From: the human T2T-CHM13v2.0 reference genome, Homo sapiens
Reading direction: 5' to 3' (one strand)
DNA: 64,000 nt
Assembly: GCF_009914755.1 (NCBI RefSeq)
Contig: NC_060935.1
Shown one piece after another: positions 14,722 through 28,238 of the stretch (position 1 is its first letter; the number at the start of each line of letters is the position of its first letter). Under the pieces are notes generated by a model, which was not told the DNA's origin, ran no database searches, and saw nothing but the letters and a program-made list of their open reading frames with translations. The position numbers and the translations under genes are program-made.

Positions 14722-15396
14722 GTTAGTCAGTTTGTTTGCTAGGGTTGCCACAACAAAATACCACCAGCTGAGTAGTTGAAACAACAGAAAGTTATTTTCT
14801 CACAGTTCTGGAGTCTAAAATTCCAGGTGTCAGCAGGGTCGATCTCTTTGGAGGCCTCTCTCCTTCGCTTCTAAGTGGCCATTGTTTCCCTACAGCTTTA
14901 TATGGTCTTTCCTTTGTGTGTGTCTGTGTCCAAATCTCCGCCTTTTGTTTTTTTTGTTTGTTTGTTTGTTTGTTTTGAGACTGAGTCTCACCCTGTTATC
15001 CAGGCTGGAGTGCAATGGTGCGATCTCGGCTCACTACAACCTCTGCCTCCCTGCCTCAGCCTCCTGAGTAACTGGGACTAGTGCACCACCATGCCTGGCT
15101 AATTTTTGTATTTTTAGTAGAGACGAGGTTTCACCATGTTGGCCAGACTGGTCTCAAACTCCTTTTCTGCCCCACCTTGGACTCCCAAAGTACTGGGATT
15201 ACAGGCGTGAGCCAATGCACCCTGCCTCTGCTTGTTATGAGGACACCAGTCGAACTGGATTAGGGCCACCCTAAAGCCCTCATTTTACCTCAGTCACTTC
15301 TTTCAAGGCCCTGTCTCCAAACACAGTCACATTCCAAGGTACTGGCAGTTGGGACTTCAACATGAGTTTGGTAGATACACAGTTCAGCCGGTAACA
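14722..15396 (-). mobile_element. MLT1A/B-type ERVL-MaLR solo LTR, split by an Alu
   Basis: GGGTTGCCACAACAAAATACCAC..AAACAACAGAAA..CTCACAGTTCTGGAG and GTCACATTCC..GGTACTGG..GACTTCAACAT..TAACA end. Confidence 0.85.
14944..15226 (-). mobile_element. AluS with internal deletions
   Basis: (TTTG)n tail and both arms, with short deletions near 15050 and 15165. Confidence 0.9.
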
Positions 15397-15775
15397 GTTA
15401 ATTCTACAAAAAAATGTAATAATCATCTACTGTATAGCAAGCACTTGCTAACTGATGGGAACACATAGATAAATAAGACTGCCCTTAAGGATCATAGTCT
15501 GGTAGGGGAAACAGACACAGCAACAGATAACTGTCCTCTTTTGTGGATGTGCAATGACAGATACATAAACCTGATATTATAGGTGTGCTAAGCAAGGACA
15601 CTCATCCTAGCCCAAGAGGTGGGAGGTGGTTAGGGAAGGAAGGCTTCCTCGAAGAGGTCATCTCTTAGCTGACTATGAAGGGTGAGCATGAGCTAAATTG
15701 AGGTTGAAAAGGGGGAAAGGAGAATACTCTCCTGAGAGGAGAAATAAGAGCCAAAGTGTGGAGAAGCCATGTGGC

Positions 15776-15899
15776 AGGGCTGGAAACTGAGGGAGGCAAG
15801 GAGATGCTCTCTTCCTCAGGGGCCAACCCTGATAAGTGAGTGCCTCCTTAAACGTTGTACTCTGGGGACCTCATCTGTCTCTTCCCAGTCCTAATCCTG
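15776..15899. mobile_element. MER96-like hAT-Tip100 MITE
   Basis: CAGGGCTGG..GAGGCAAG..AGTGAGTGCCTCCTTAAA..CCTCA..CCCAGTCC..CCTG. Confidence 0.5.
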
Positions 15900-16740
15900 C
15901 CCACAGTGTTTCTGCAGAATCAGTGGCTCAGTGTTGCTGGACCAAAAGATACAAAGCAAAGATGACTGAGCGATGAGTAGAGTTGGAGGCGGCCCTGGAG
16001 AGGCCTGTGTGCCAGGCCCAGGAGACTGGGCTTTGTCCTGTAAGTGATGGAAGCAAAGAGATCCAAGGGGGATTGTAGCCATGTGCCCTGGGAAGCATTT
16101 CTTAACCTCTCTAATGGAGGGGGCACATACCTAGCTGGGTGGTTATGAGGTTCATACATAAAGCACGTTGCCCAGTGCCTAGCTAGAAGCTCAATAGATC
16201 GTAACTGTCACTATTGTTATTCTGCCAGGATGGTTCCTTATCTGTGAAGAAGGGGTAATAAAACCACCTCATAGGGTTGTTGCAAGGACTAAATGAGACA
16301 ATCTATGTAACGAGGATTAAATGAGACAACCTATGTAATAAATCTCTCTGAACTGCAGCTTCATTATCTGCAAAAAGGGATAATTTTATATTTTATTAAA
16401 TCTAAGATACCATTGATTGTAATATCCACCATCTTCTTTATTCGCCACTAAGAAAGAAATGAGGATTAAATGAGATACCCTCTGTACATGTTCAGTATCA
16501 TGCTTGACGTACAGTGGGTGAATGAAGAGGAAAGAGAGGAGCTGCCTCCTCCTGCTTTGGCTTCTGCCCAGTTGTCTAAGCTAGAAACCTGGGCACCCTT
16601 GACTTTTCTCCTCTCTTACCTCATCTAATTAACCACCAAATTCTGGGTACGCTACCTCCTTCGTGGTTTCAAACCTGTCCTCTTCCATTTCTCCCTACTG
16701 CCTCACTCTTATCCCTTAATCCAAGCCACCAGCATTTCTA

Positions 16741-17155
16741 TATCTTTGCAGATATAGGAAGTTAAGATGTTGTCTTACTGGAGTAGAGTGGATCCCTAAT
16801 CCAATATGATTGGTATGCTTATTAGAAGAGAGAAATTTGGGCACAGACTTGCACAGAGAAAAGACAATGCAAAGACGGACACCCACTCAAGCGCACACAC
16901 ACACCCAGGAGAAGGACGTGTGATGGTGGAGGCAGAGATTGCAGTGACAGAGCTGCCAGCTGGGGATTGCCAGCCACCACCAGGAGCTAAGAAGATGCAA
17001 GGAAAGATTCTACCCAGATCTCAGAGGCAGCATGGCCTTGCCAATGCCTTGATTTTGGACTTCTGCTCTCCAAAGCTGTGAGAGAATATATTTTTGCTGT
17101 TTTAAGCCACCTGGTTTGTGGTACTTTGTTATGGCAGTCTTAGGAAACTAATACA
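16741..17155 (+). mobile_element. MLT1C-type solo LTR, 5' truncated
   Basis: CCCTAATCCAATATGA..GGAGGCAGAGATTG..TTTAAGCCACC..TTTGTGGTACTTTGTTATGGCAG..AAACTAATACA. Confidence 0.85.
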
Positions 17156-17212
17156 AGTACCAATTCCTACAACAGTATCGGAACCAAGTTGGAACTTTAC
17201 CAATATTTTTTA

Positions 17213-17368
17213 AAGGAGGGGACGAAGGAAAAAAGGAAGAAAATAAAGGAGAGAGGGGGGGAGGGAGGGGGAGAGAAGGGGGAGGGAGGGGGAGAGAAGG
17301 GGGAGGGGGAGGGAGGGTAGGAAGGAGGAAGGGAGGGTTGAAGAAGGAAAGACGAAAAGGAAGAAAAT
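17213..17368 (+). repeat. Polypurine (G/A) low-complexity tract
   Basis: About 155 nt almost entirely G/A, including repeated GGGGGGAGGGAGGGGGAGAGAA units. Confidence 0.9.
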
Positions 17369-17955
17369 GAAATTGCCTTTTGCCACTGCTTGATCTCCTT
17401 CTAGACAGTTGCCAGGTTTTCTTTAGGCCCTGGGTATAAGAAGATATTTCTTCCAAAGAATATTGTAAACTTGTATTTGATGCATTCTTCTAAAAGAGGA
17501 AGTGGATAAAGCTGAGGAAACATTTTCTTCAGATAACCAATTGACAAAATAATAATATGAGGTTATAAAGCTAGGCTATCCCTATGGACTCATAAACTTG
17601 GAGAGAGAATGAAGCACTTTTAAAAAAATTATAAAGGCAGCATTGTATAATTTCTCTAACTGTCTTGTGGGCATCAATAAACTATAAATAGACAGAGCAT
17701 CTGGTGTGGAAACTGTCTTGTGGGGGAGGGTAAAGAACAGGGTGCCACTCACAGACAGGCTGCAGACTCTGGGTCTTTCCAGATTTGTCCAGACTCTGGG
17801 GGTGGGGTGGGGTGGGGCTGCATCAATTGCTGAGGGCTGCACTGAGCGCCCTGGGACCAAAGATGCTGGGGTGGGTGAGGCCAAGGTGGATGGCAGGCTT
17901 GCTGACCTGTGAGACAGCAAGGAAAGAACAAATCCCCTGTCTGCATGCTGGTGGC

Positions 17956-18260
17956 TGTATTAGTCCGTTTTCACGCTGCTGCTAAAGACCTACCCAAGTC
18001 TGGGCAATTTACAAAAGAAAGAAGTTTAATGGACTCACAGTTCCACGTGGCTGGGGAGGCCTCACAATCATGGCAGAAGGTAAAAGGCACATCTCACATG
18101 GTGGCAAACAAGAGAAGAGACTTACTACCACAAGAATAGCACAGGAAAGATGCACCCCCATGATTCAATTTCCTCCCACCAGGTCCCTCCCACAACACGG
18201 GAATTGTGGGAGCTACAATTCAACATGAGATTTGGGTGGGGACACAGCAAAACCATATCA
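17956..18260 (-). mobile_element. THE1B/C solo LTR with an internal deletion
   Basis: TGTATTAGTCCGTTTTCACGCTGCT...AAACCATATCA; 5-bp TSD GTGGC at 17951-17955 and 18261-18265. Confidence 0.92.
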
Positions 18261-18310
18261 GTGGCTCAGCAGTTGGTGACCCACTCCTAGAAGAGATGGA
18301 GACTAGGGGT

Positions 18311-18790
18311 TGTATTAGCTTTCTGTGGCTGCTCTGCAAATTACCACAAATTTGGTGGCTTAAAACAATGCAAATTTATTATCTTACAGTTCAAAATACA
18401 TTTTACTGGACTAAAATGTGGGCTATGTTCCCTTCTGCAAGTTCTAGGGGAGAATTTGTCCCCTGGACTTTTGAAGCTCCCAAAAGCTGTCCACTTTCCT
18501 CAGCTCCTTTATCTTCAAAGCCAGCAGCAACATTGGACCGAGTCCTGCTCCCACTACCATCTCTCTGGTTCCCTCTCTTCTTGCCTCCTCCTTTTACCTC
18601 TAAGGGTCCTTGTGATTATATTGGGTCCATCTGAATAACCCAGGATAATCTCCCTATTTTAAGGCCAGCTGATTAGCAGCCTTAATTCAATGGCAAGCTT
18701 GATTCCCCTTTGCTATATAAGGTGACATATTCACAGGCCTCAGTGATTAGGACGTGGACATCCTTGAAAGGAGCATCACTCTGCCTACCA
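18311..18790 (-). mobile_element. MLT1D-type solo LTR
   Basis: TGTATTAGCT..AATTACCACAAATTTGGTGGCTTAAAACAA..CCAGGATAATCTCCC..ATTAGGACGTGGACATC. Confidence 0.85.
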
Positions 18791-18878
18791 GTCTTCTCTC
18801 TGATCCCCAAAGACACATTCCAACCTACAAGCAAAATGAAAATGTATTCACCCCACTCTTGGTACCAAAATCTACATT

Positions 18879-19289
18879 TGTCACAGTTCAACTAAAGCAG
18901 CAGAGCCAGTAGGAGATATACATTAAAAGATATGTTGCAAGGAATTGTCCTATAATAATATATAAGTGATGTCTGGCTAGGCAAGTCTGAAATCTGTAGG
19001 ACAGACTATCAGGAAGGGCAGCCCAGAACTCCTGGGTATGGGCTGAGGCTGCAGTCCACAGGCAGAATTTTTTCTTCTCTCAGAGAAGCTTCAGCCCAGC
19101 CTTTAAGGCCTTTCAACTAATTGAACCAGGCCTACTCAGATTATCTAAAATAATTTCCTTAATTTAAAGTTACCTAATTATGGATTTTACTCATACCTAC
19201 AAAATACCTTCACAGCAACACCTAGATTAGTGTTTGAATAACTGAGAACTGTAGCCTAGTCAAGTTGACATATCAAAGAGGCCATCACA
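18879..19289 (-). mobile_element. MLT2 (MLT2D-like) ERVL solo LTR
   Basis: GGCAAGTCTGAAATCTGTAGG..CTACAAAATACCTTCACAGCAACACCTAGATTAGTGTTTG..TAGCCTAGTCAAGTTGACA..CCATCACA. Confidence 0.8.
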
Positions 19290-20334
19290 GGAATAAAGGC
19301 AACTCACTAAAGACCAGTTTCTCTGCCCATCTTGCTAACCATGAGCTCCCATAAACCTCAGAATGGATGGCAATTCCTGAGAATGGTCCTCTCTGTGGAG
19401 TTAAATGTGTCTGGGGAGCCATAAAAGCTCATTCTGATGCTCTGCTTCACTGTTCTCTGAGATTAGAAGCTCCTTAAGAATAAAGACCAGGATTTTATAT
19501 TTGTATTTGTATCTATCAGAACCTAAGCTACTGTTCCTTATATAGGAGATGCTCAGGGAATGTTGGTTGGAAAAAAAATTGTCTTTGTCAAATAAGTAAC
19601 CTCCCCTATTCTAACTTGCCCAACCAACTTAGGCAGCTACCAATTTGACTGCATTGCCAGGTACCAATTTAGACGGCAGTACAACTGCATCCTATCACAG
19701 TGTCATAAGACAGCCAGGTGGCATTGGTGGAATAATGGGAAATCATCTTTGAGATGGGAGTGAGGTGGGTGACAGTGGAGCACAAGAGTAGATAGGAGGA
19801 AAAGACTATGGCATCTTTTTTTGGAGAACTCGTAAACAGAAGAGCCAAATCTGCCTGTGTTAGGATGAGTATTTACTTGTCTAGAGACAGGTGCTCTTCA
19901 GAATGTTCTGAAGTCCAGGGGATCACTTATTTCAGATCTTTGGAAAATCCAGGATGCCCTTGGTACCAAGGACATGGCAGAGCCCTTGGAGAACATTAGG
20001 TCTTCACTTCTTATTTTACAGAGATTCAGAGAGGGACAGTAATTTGTTCAAAGTCACACAGCCAGCCACAGGCAGATAGATCTAGAACTAGAAGCCAGGG
20101 CTTAAGGCTTGTGATTCTGATGTATTTTTCACTATGCTGTGTGTAAACCTTAGTAGTATCCTATACCAGAATGGCCAGAACTTAATCTATGCATCTAGAA
20201 AAGTTAGGCATATTTCCCCAAAGTTCAGCTGATACATGCACTGATAGGTAATCCAAAAGGTGACTTAGGGATGGCTTTAAAACCTACCCCTACAATGACT
20301 TTCAAAGGCATGCCAAATAAGCATGAACTCCAAG

Positions 20335-20808
20335 TGATGGAGGCAAACCCAAAAATTGGGGCTTAGCCCAGGAGGGTTCTTGGCTTTGCTTAGGAAAGAA
20401 TTCAAGAGCAAGCTGACAGTGAAACAAAGCAAGTTTATTTGAACAACAGTGTACAGCAAAATGTCTACTCCATAGACAGAGAAGGGCTATCCCATAGGCA
20501 GAGTGGACCAGAGTAGCACTGGTGGATTGCTGGCTAGCTATATTTATACCCACTCTTAATTATATGTTAATGAAGGCATGTGTTATTCACAAACTTTCTG
20601 GAAAATGGGTGGGGAGTTCCCAGAACCATATAAGGTAACTTATGGGTTGTTGCCATGGCATTTGTAAACTGTCATGGTGCTGATAGGAGTTTCTTATGCA
20701 AATGCATTAAAATTCCTAGTCCTAGCTGGTATCTTTGCTACATCTTGTTTTGATTAGCAGGGTCATGACTGCTGCTTGAAGAACAAGTCCTGCTGATCTC
20801 ATACCTTG
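20335..20808 (-). mobile_element. ERV1-class solo LTR (MER4 group; subfamily uncertain)
   Basis: GAGGGTTCTTGGCTT..GGAAAGAATTCAAGAGC..AAGTTTATT (antisense poly-A signal)..GTTGCCATGGCATTTGTAAACTGTCATGG; 4-bp TSD CAAG on both sides. Confidence 0.8.
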
Positions 20809-21159
20809 CAAGTGAAAACAGACTATGATTTAAGAAAAGTTCCCTGTCCATTCTCTCCAACAAAATTGCTTCCCTGCAGTCCATCCAGTAGAGAAATTCT
20901 GCAGCCCTCCCTGTTTTCATTGAATCACTGGATACTTACAATTCACTGGCTCCAGCAATCTCATGAAAATCAACCCCCAAGTGAAAACATTTAGTTTGCA
21001 AGTAACTGGATCACTGAACAAGAATAATTCATAGGATATAATCATAACATAACTTATTTTTGTTTCTCATTGTCTGTTTATAATTTATTTCACAGGGGCA
21101 GTTTTCCCTTTGCCCATGGATATAATCTTGGCCCTAAGCATGTCCCATAGCTTGGTGGT

Positions 21160-21682
21160 TGTGACAGGTAGAGTTCTAAGACAGCCCCCAAGATTCTGCC
21201 TCCTGCAGCACACCTTATATAATGGACAAGACCCGTAAATATGATGGGGTAGTCACTCCCTTGAGTATGATACATTACATAAGACTCTTTCGTGGCAAGC
21301 AGACTGAATATGGGTTCTGGTGCTTGTTTAGCTAGGAAATTACTGTGTGGTGAAAGGGCCACATAATTAAGACTTGAGGGTGGCCTCTAGGAACTAAGAA
21401 AGACCCTGGGCCAGCTATCAGCAAGAAAATGGGGATGTTAGTCCTACAACCACAAGGAACTAAATGCTGTTAACATCTTGGAAGGAGATGCCAAGCTCCA
21501 GACGAGAACACTGTGTGGCAGACATCTTAACCTCAGCCTTGTGAGACCCTGAGCAGAGAACCCAGTCAAAGGTCAAATGTTCATGCCAACTCCTATTCTA
21601 TAGAAGGTGTAAGGGAAAAAAAAGAGGTATTGTTCTAAGTCCCTAAGTTTGTGGTAATTTGTTACACAGCAGTAGAAAACTA
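21160..21682 (+). mobile_element. MLT1E/F-type solo LTR
   Basis: GGCCTCTAGGAACT..CAGCAAGAAAATGGGG..CTTGTGAGACCCTGAGCAGAGAACCCAG..CTAAGTTTGTGGTAATTTGTTACACAGCAGTAGAAAACTA. Confidence 0.8.
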
Positions 21683-22436
21683 CAGTAGTCCACCCTTATC
21701 CATGGTTTCACTTTCCATGGTTTCAATTACTCACCATCAACTGAGATCTGAAAATATTAAATGGAAAATTCCAGAAATAAAAAATTCATAAGTTTTAAAT
21801 GGCATACACCATTCTGACTTGAGGAGCACAATGAAATCTTGCACCATCCTGCCTAGGATGTGAATCATTCCTTTATCCAGTCTGGATACATATTGTGGAT
21901 ACAGTGGTGTATCCACATTGTCTACACTACCTGCCTGTTAGTCACTCAGCAGCCATCTCAGTTGTCAGATCAACTGTCATGGTATCACAGAGCTTGTGTT
22001 CAAGTCACCCTCATTTTACTTAATAGTGGCCCCACAGCATAAGAGTAGCGATACTGGCCGTTTGGATGTGCCAAAGAGCAGCCATAAAGTGCTTCCTTTA
22101 AGTGAAAACCTGTGAGTTCTCAATCTAATAAGTAAAGAAAAAAAATGTATGCTGAGGTCGCCAAGATCTATGGCAAGAGTGAATCTGCTGTCCATGAAAT
22201 TGTGAAGAATGAAAAAGAAATTCATGCTAGTTTTGATATCACACCTCAAATTGCAAAAGTTATGGCCATGGAGCATACGTTCTTAGTTAAGATGGAAAAG
22301 GCATTAAGTTTGTAGGTGGAAGACATGAACAAAAACATGTTCCAATTGACACAATCAGGTTTGGTACTATCCGTGGTTTCAGGCTTGCAACTCGGGGGCT
22401 TGGACCTGATCCTCTGCAGAGAAGGAAGGACTACTG
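21683..22436. mobile_element. MER44 (Tigger7-derived) DNA transposon
   Basis: TIRs CAGTAGTCC...GGACTACTG with TA TSDs; MER44 internal sequence; inserted in the terminal TA of the MLT1 LTR. Confidence 0.9.
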
Positions 22437-22607
22437 TAATCAAGTCACTTCCCCACATTCTTTCTATCAAAACACAAACAGAAAATATTTATATACTACA
22501 CTGAGATAAACGGACAAAGCTACCCAAGGCTGGGGGCACTGCTATGGGGGCTCCAATGTCCCCCAGACCCCCTCTACCACCCCAAGGACTGAGGGGATCA
22601 ATCTCTA

Positions 22608-22931
<324 letters not shown>

Positions 22932-22954
22932 TATATAGAAAATCCTACCGGCAC

Positions 22955-23256
22955 TTTTTTGTTTTTTTGTTTTTGTGATGGTGTCTCACTCTGTCACCCA
23001 GACTGGAGTATAGTGGAGCGATCTCGGCTCAATGCAACCTCTGCCTCCCAGGTTCAAGCGATTCTCCTGCCTCACAGCCTCCCAAGTAGCTGGCACCACC
23101 GGTGCCCACCACCACGCCAGGCTAATTTTTGTATTTTTAGTAGTGACACGGTTTCACCGTGTTAGCCAGGTTGGTCTCGATCTCCTGACCTCATGATCTG
23201 CCCGCCTCAGCCTCCCAAAGTGCTGGGATTACAGGCGTGAATCACCCTGCCTGGCC
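22955..23256 (-). mobile_element. AluS (Sc/Sg-like)
   Basis: Full antisense dimer; TSD TACCGGCACTTT (22946) / TACTGGCATTTT (23257). Confidence 0.95.
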
Positions 23257-24542
23257 TACTGGCATTTTAAGTTGTAAACACAGTCTTCCATCAGAACTGT
23301 GGAACATTCAGCAATAATCACAATTCTTCATTTTCTTTAGTATTGAAACTTTTCCTACCTTCAACAGGATCCTGCTACCTCTGGGCTGCTGGCACTGGGA
23401 GAAGGGGGCAAAGTTCTTCTCTCTTTCTTGTGTTTCAGCAATCACACCCTGCTGTCAGCTCTAGACTCTGCATCCTTGTCATCCCAATCAGAATGCCTTT
23501 TCCAGGTCACCAGCCCTCATGAACACCGCCAGACTCTTTTTGGGGAGTACAAGAATTCTTGGCTCTTTCCGAACCCCATACTAGGGTATAAGGATTCTAA
23601 GAGGCTGCCAAGGACTCATCAGGCCTAGATGCCTCCAACCTCTGTTTCCACACTGCTTAAGTGTGGTCCTTATATACACAAGGCTGTGCTCTGGGTGGTT
23701 AGACAATAGCTCTTCTCCTTGAGAACCCCCTTCCCCTCCAGCCTGTCTGGGCTGTTGTCTACGCTCCAGGCCACGGCCCAATGGGATGGAGCCCTAAGCC
23801 TCTTCCCAGGGACCCAGCAATTTAAACTTGAACCAAGCTCAATTCTCCCTCCTCTACCCCCACCTCACCCCTTAGTTGAAATCTTATCTCTTTTTGGGCA
23901 GGGAAAGAGACTGTTCTTCACAGTCTGGTTTATGACATAAAACCTATGCTCTGAGCCCTCTGGCTTTTGCTTTTGATATTTAAAGCCAAGCTTTTGAAAT
24001 TCAAAAATACCCTTTTTTCTCTCAAGAACCTTACCCTTAGAATTGAAATCCGTGGCTCTCAATACCATTGCCTCTACAATAGATTTACAAAAGGCTACTT
24101 AAGAGCTCAAAAGCCAGGAAAGGGACTCTTTGTTCTCTCTGCAGGGTCCCCTACCCTAAGGGCAATGCATAGAGAAAGCCCCAGCTATAATTCAAATAGT
24201 GAGGCGGAGAAGTGAGAGGGTTAAAGGAATTGGAAAGGTGCTGAGCCTAATATCAAAATTTTACTGTGCAGCATTTATAAAATGCTGAGGTATGTTTCGC
24301 CAAGGCTCAACTAGGTGTGGTTTTCATGACTCATTCCAGCCAAAGTATTAATAAAAGCAAAGCAATCATGCCTTTATAAATATTGACACAAATAGTTGAC
24401 AGGTAAGTTTATTATGTTTCTTTATGAGCATAACTTTTTAAAAATTATCTAAGAATTTCTTCAATGTGCAGTTTTAAATACATTACTTGTTTTATAATTG
24501 AAAGAGTACATAAAAGTATTTCTAACATCCACACATATATGG

Positions 24543-25578
<1,036 letters not shown>

Positions 25579-25582
25579 ATGG

Positions 25583-26032
25583 TGTCAAAAAATAAAACCA
25601 GAGCAGGACAGAAGTGAAAGTAGTGAAGACAAGTTTTATTTAGCACTATTGCAATAGGGGAAGAGAGACCCTGGTATCATACTGGGGTCTATTCTGAATA
25701 CACCAGGGATACATATGGATTTATAGCCAGTGAGGAAGGGGGCCAGTGGATAGTAAATTGCTAAGAAGAGACACAAAGTTCAGGAGAATTTTTGGCTGAA
25801 CCAACCTAACAGGATTTCTGCTGAAGGCAGAACAGTGTGATCAGATAACAAGGGTGGGGAGTGAAGAATTGTGATCAGGTATCAAGGGTGATCAGGTATA
25901 GAGTGGGGGAGATTCTTGCTAAATTGCCTTGGCAGCTTTATTTGCTAAAACTGAATTTTATAAGGAAGGGCACACAAGGTCCTAGGAGAAGCTTCAGAAG
26001 CCTAAGTCTGGCCATGCTAAGAGTCTTTCTCA
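25583..26032 (-). mobile_element. MER31-like ERV1 solo LTR
   Basis: Minus strand begins TGAGAAAGACTCTT; antisense AATAAA (TTTATT) near the other end; internal TTTGCTAAAACTG and GCTGAAGGCAG motifs. Confidence 0.65.
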
Positions 26033-26049
26033 GAGGGCAACAATTTTGA

Positions 26050-26583
26050 TGATGGGCTTGCAGAACATGCTTCCCCAAAATATGGCACCTTGGCATTTGA
26101 GAAAACAGCAGAAGCAGGAAGGTCACTCTTACCTTCCTCTTGCCCCTTTCTCCCCTGAAGCAGGCCATAAAAGTTAGCTGACCTTTCTCTGAATTAGGTC
26201 ATAGGAACCTCAATGTCCTTATCTCTGAACACACAGGGACACAGAGGAGAATCTGAACAATCAGGTCCTGATAAATTCTCCCCAATTTATTATCATTAGA
26301 TCATACCCACTTTGTCCAATGCATAACTGTCTGCTCTTCACCAAGCCTAAGCATAAAAGTACACAGGTTTCCAATTTCTTTGGCTCTTTATTTCTGAAGA
26401 TTCCCATGTCACATAAAGCATATTAAATCATAAAAGAAACTTTGTTATGCTTTTCTCTTGTTAATCTGCTATTATAGGTACCTCAGCTGTGAACGTTCTA
26501 ATGGGTGAAGAAAAGATTATTTCGGTACCTCAGCTGTGAACGTTCTAATAGGTGAAGAAAAGATTATTCCCTCCCCCCCCCAC
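26050..26583 (+). mobile_element. MER34-type ERV1 solo LTR with a 47-bp tandem duplication
   Basis: CCCCAAAATATGGCACCTTGGCAT..GAATCTGAACAA..TTGTTAATCTG; homologous to the copy at 50714-51284. Confidence 0.8.
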
Positions 26584-26584
26584 T

Positions 26585-28238
26585 GACAAATGTGCAAAAC
26601 AAATTCAGTGGAGTAGTCTTCAACAAATGGTACTGGAACAATTGGATAGCCATAGCCAAAAATGTAACTTCAATCCACACATCCCACCATATACAAAAAT
26701 TAATTCAGAATGACTCACAGTCCTAAATGTAAAATCTAAAACAATAAAACTTCTAAAAGAAAACATAAAAGAAGATCTTTGTGACCTGGGGTTAGGCAAA
26801 GACTTCTCAGATATGACATCAAAAAACACAACCCATAAAAGAACAAGTTAATTAATTGGCCTTCATCAAAATTAAAAACTCCTGCTCTTTGAAAGACACG
26901 ATTGAAGGAAAAGACATGCCCTGGATGGGGAGAAAATCTTAGAATATATGTGTAAAAGACTTATCCAGGATAAACACAGAGCTTAAAAACTCAATAATAA
27001 AACAAATAACACAATTTTTTTAATGAGTAAAAGATTTGAAAACATTTACCAAAGGAGATATATGGATGGAAAACAAGCAATAAAAATTAATGATCAACAT
27101 AATTAATCATTACAAAAACGTAAATCAAAACCACAGTGAGATACCACTTCATATCTATTAGAATGACTAACATGAGAAAAGTTGACCATGTGAAGTGTTG
27201 GTAAGAAACTCTCATAAACTGCTGGTGGGGCTGTAAAAAACCACTGTGGAAAACAGTTTGACAGTTTCTTATAAAGTTAAACATACACTATATTAGTTGG
27301 TTCTCACACTGCTATGAAGAAATGCCTGAGACTGGGTACTTTATAAAGGAAAGAGGTTCAATTGACTCAGAGTTCCGCATTGCTGGGGAAGTCTCAGGAA
27401 ACTTACAATTGTGGCGGAGAAGCCAGGATCTTCTTCACAGGGCAGCAGAATAGAGTGAGTCCAAGCAGGGGAAATGCTAGAAGCTTATAAAACCATCAGA
27501 TCTTGTGAGACTCACTCACTCTCATGAGAACAGCATGAGAAAAACTGCCCCCATGATCCAATTACCTCCACATGGCCTCACCCTTGACACATGGGGATTA
27601 TAAGGATTATAATTCAAGGTGAGATTTGGGTGGGGACACGGAGCCAAACCATATCATATACCTACCATGTGGTTCAGCCATTTCTTTCTTAGGTATTTCC
27701 CTAACAAAAATAAAAACACATATCCATACAAAGACTTTTCCATGAATGCTCATAGCAGCTTTATTTGTAATAGCGCCAAACTGGAAACAATCCAAATGTT
27801 CATCAACTGGAAAATAGATAACAAATTGTGGTATATCCATATAATGGAATACTACTCAGTAATTAAAAGGAACAGACTATTGATCCAACTTAACATAGGA
27901 TAAATCACTTATGCTAAGTGAAAGATGCCAGATGAAAAAGAATACATACTGTATAATTGCATTTATATAAAATTCTAGAAAGTATAAACTAACCTATAGT
28001 GACAGAAAGCAGATCAGTGATTGCCTATGGGGAGAATGGGCAAAAAGGGGTAAAGAACAGGGAGAAGGGATGGATTACAGAGACATGGGGAATTTTGTGG
28101 GGGTGATGAATATGTTTATTACTTAATTATGATGATAATTTCATAGGTATATAGATATGTCAAAACCCACCAAATTGTATATTTTAAATACATATCATTT
28201 ATTGCACGTCAATTATACTTCAATAAAGCTGTTAAAAA
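26585..28238 (+). mobile_element. L1M (old mammalian L1) ORF2 3' remnant and 3' UTR
   Basis: CTTCAACAAATGGTACTGGAACAATTGGATAGCC, AAAACCACAGTGAGATACCAC, ATGGAATACTACTCAG, ending CAATAAAGCTGTTAAAAA; ORF disrupted. Confidence 0.9.
27289..27656 (-). mobile_element. THE1D/MSTA solo LTR nested in the L1M
   Basis: TATTAGT..CACACTGCTATGAAGAAAT..AAACCATCAGATCTTGTGAGACTCACTCAC..AAACCATATCA; TSD TACAC/TATAC. Confidence 0.9.

Noticed and set aside
16285-16487. Three similar ~26-bp repeats with a spacer, superficially CRISPR-like
   Set aside because: The repeats are MIR-derived, spacing is irregular, the DNA is mammalian and there are no cas genes; treated as a templated insertion instead.
26620-27903. 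ORFs resembling the L1 ORF2 C-terminus
   Set aside because: Fragments of a decayed L1M, interrupted by stops, frameshifts and a nested LTR; not a functional CDS.
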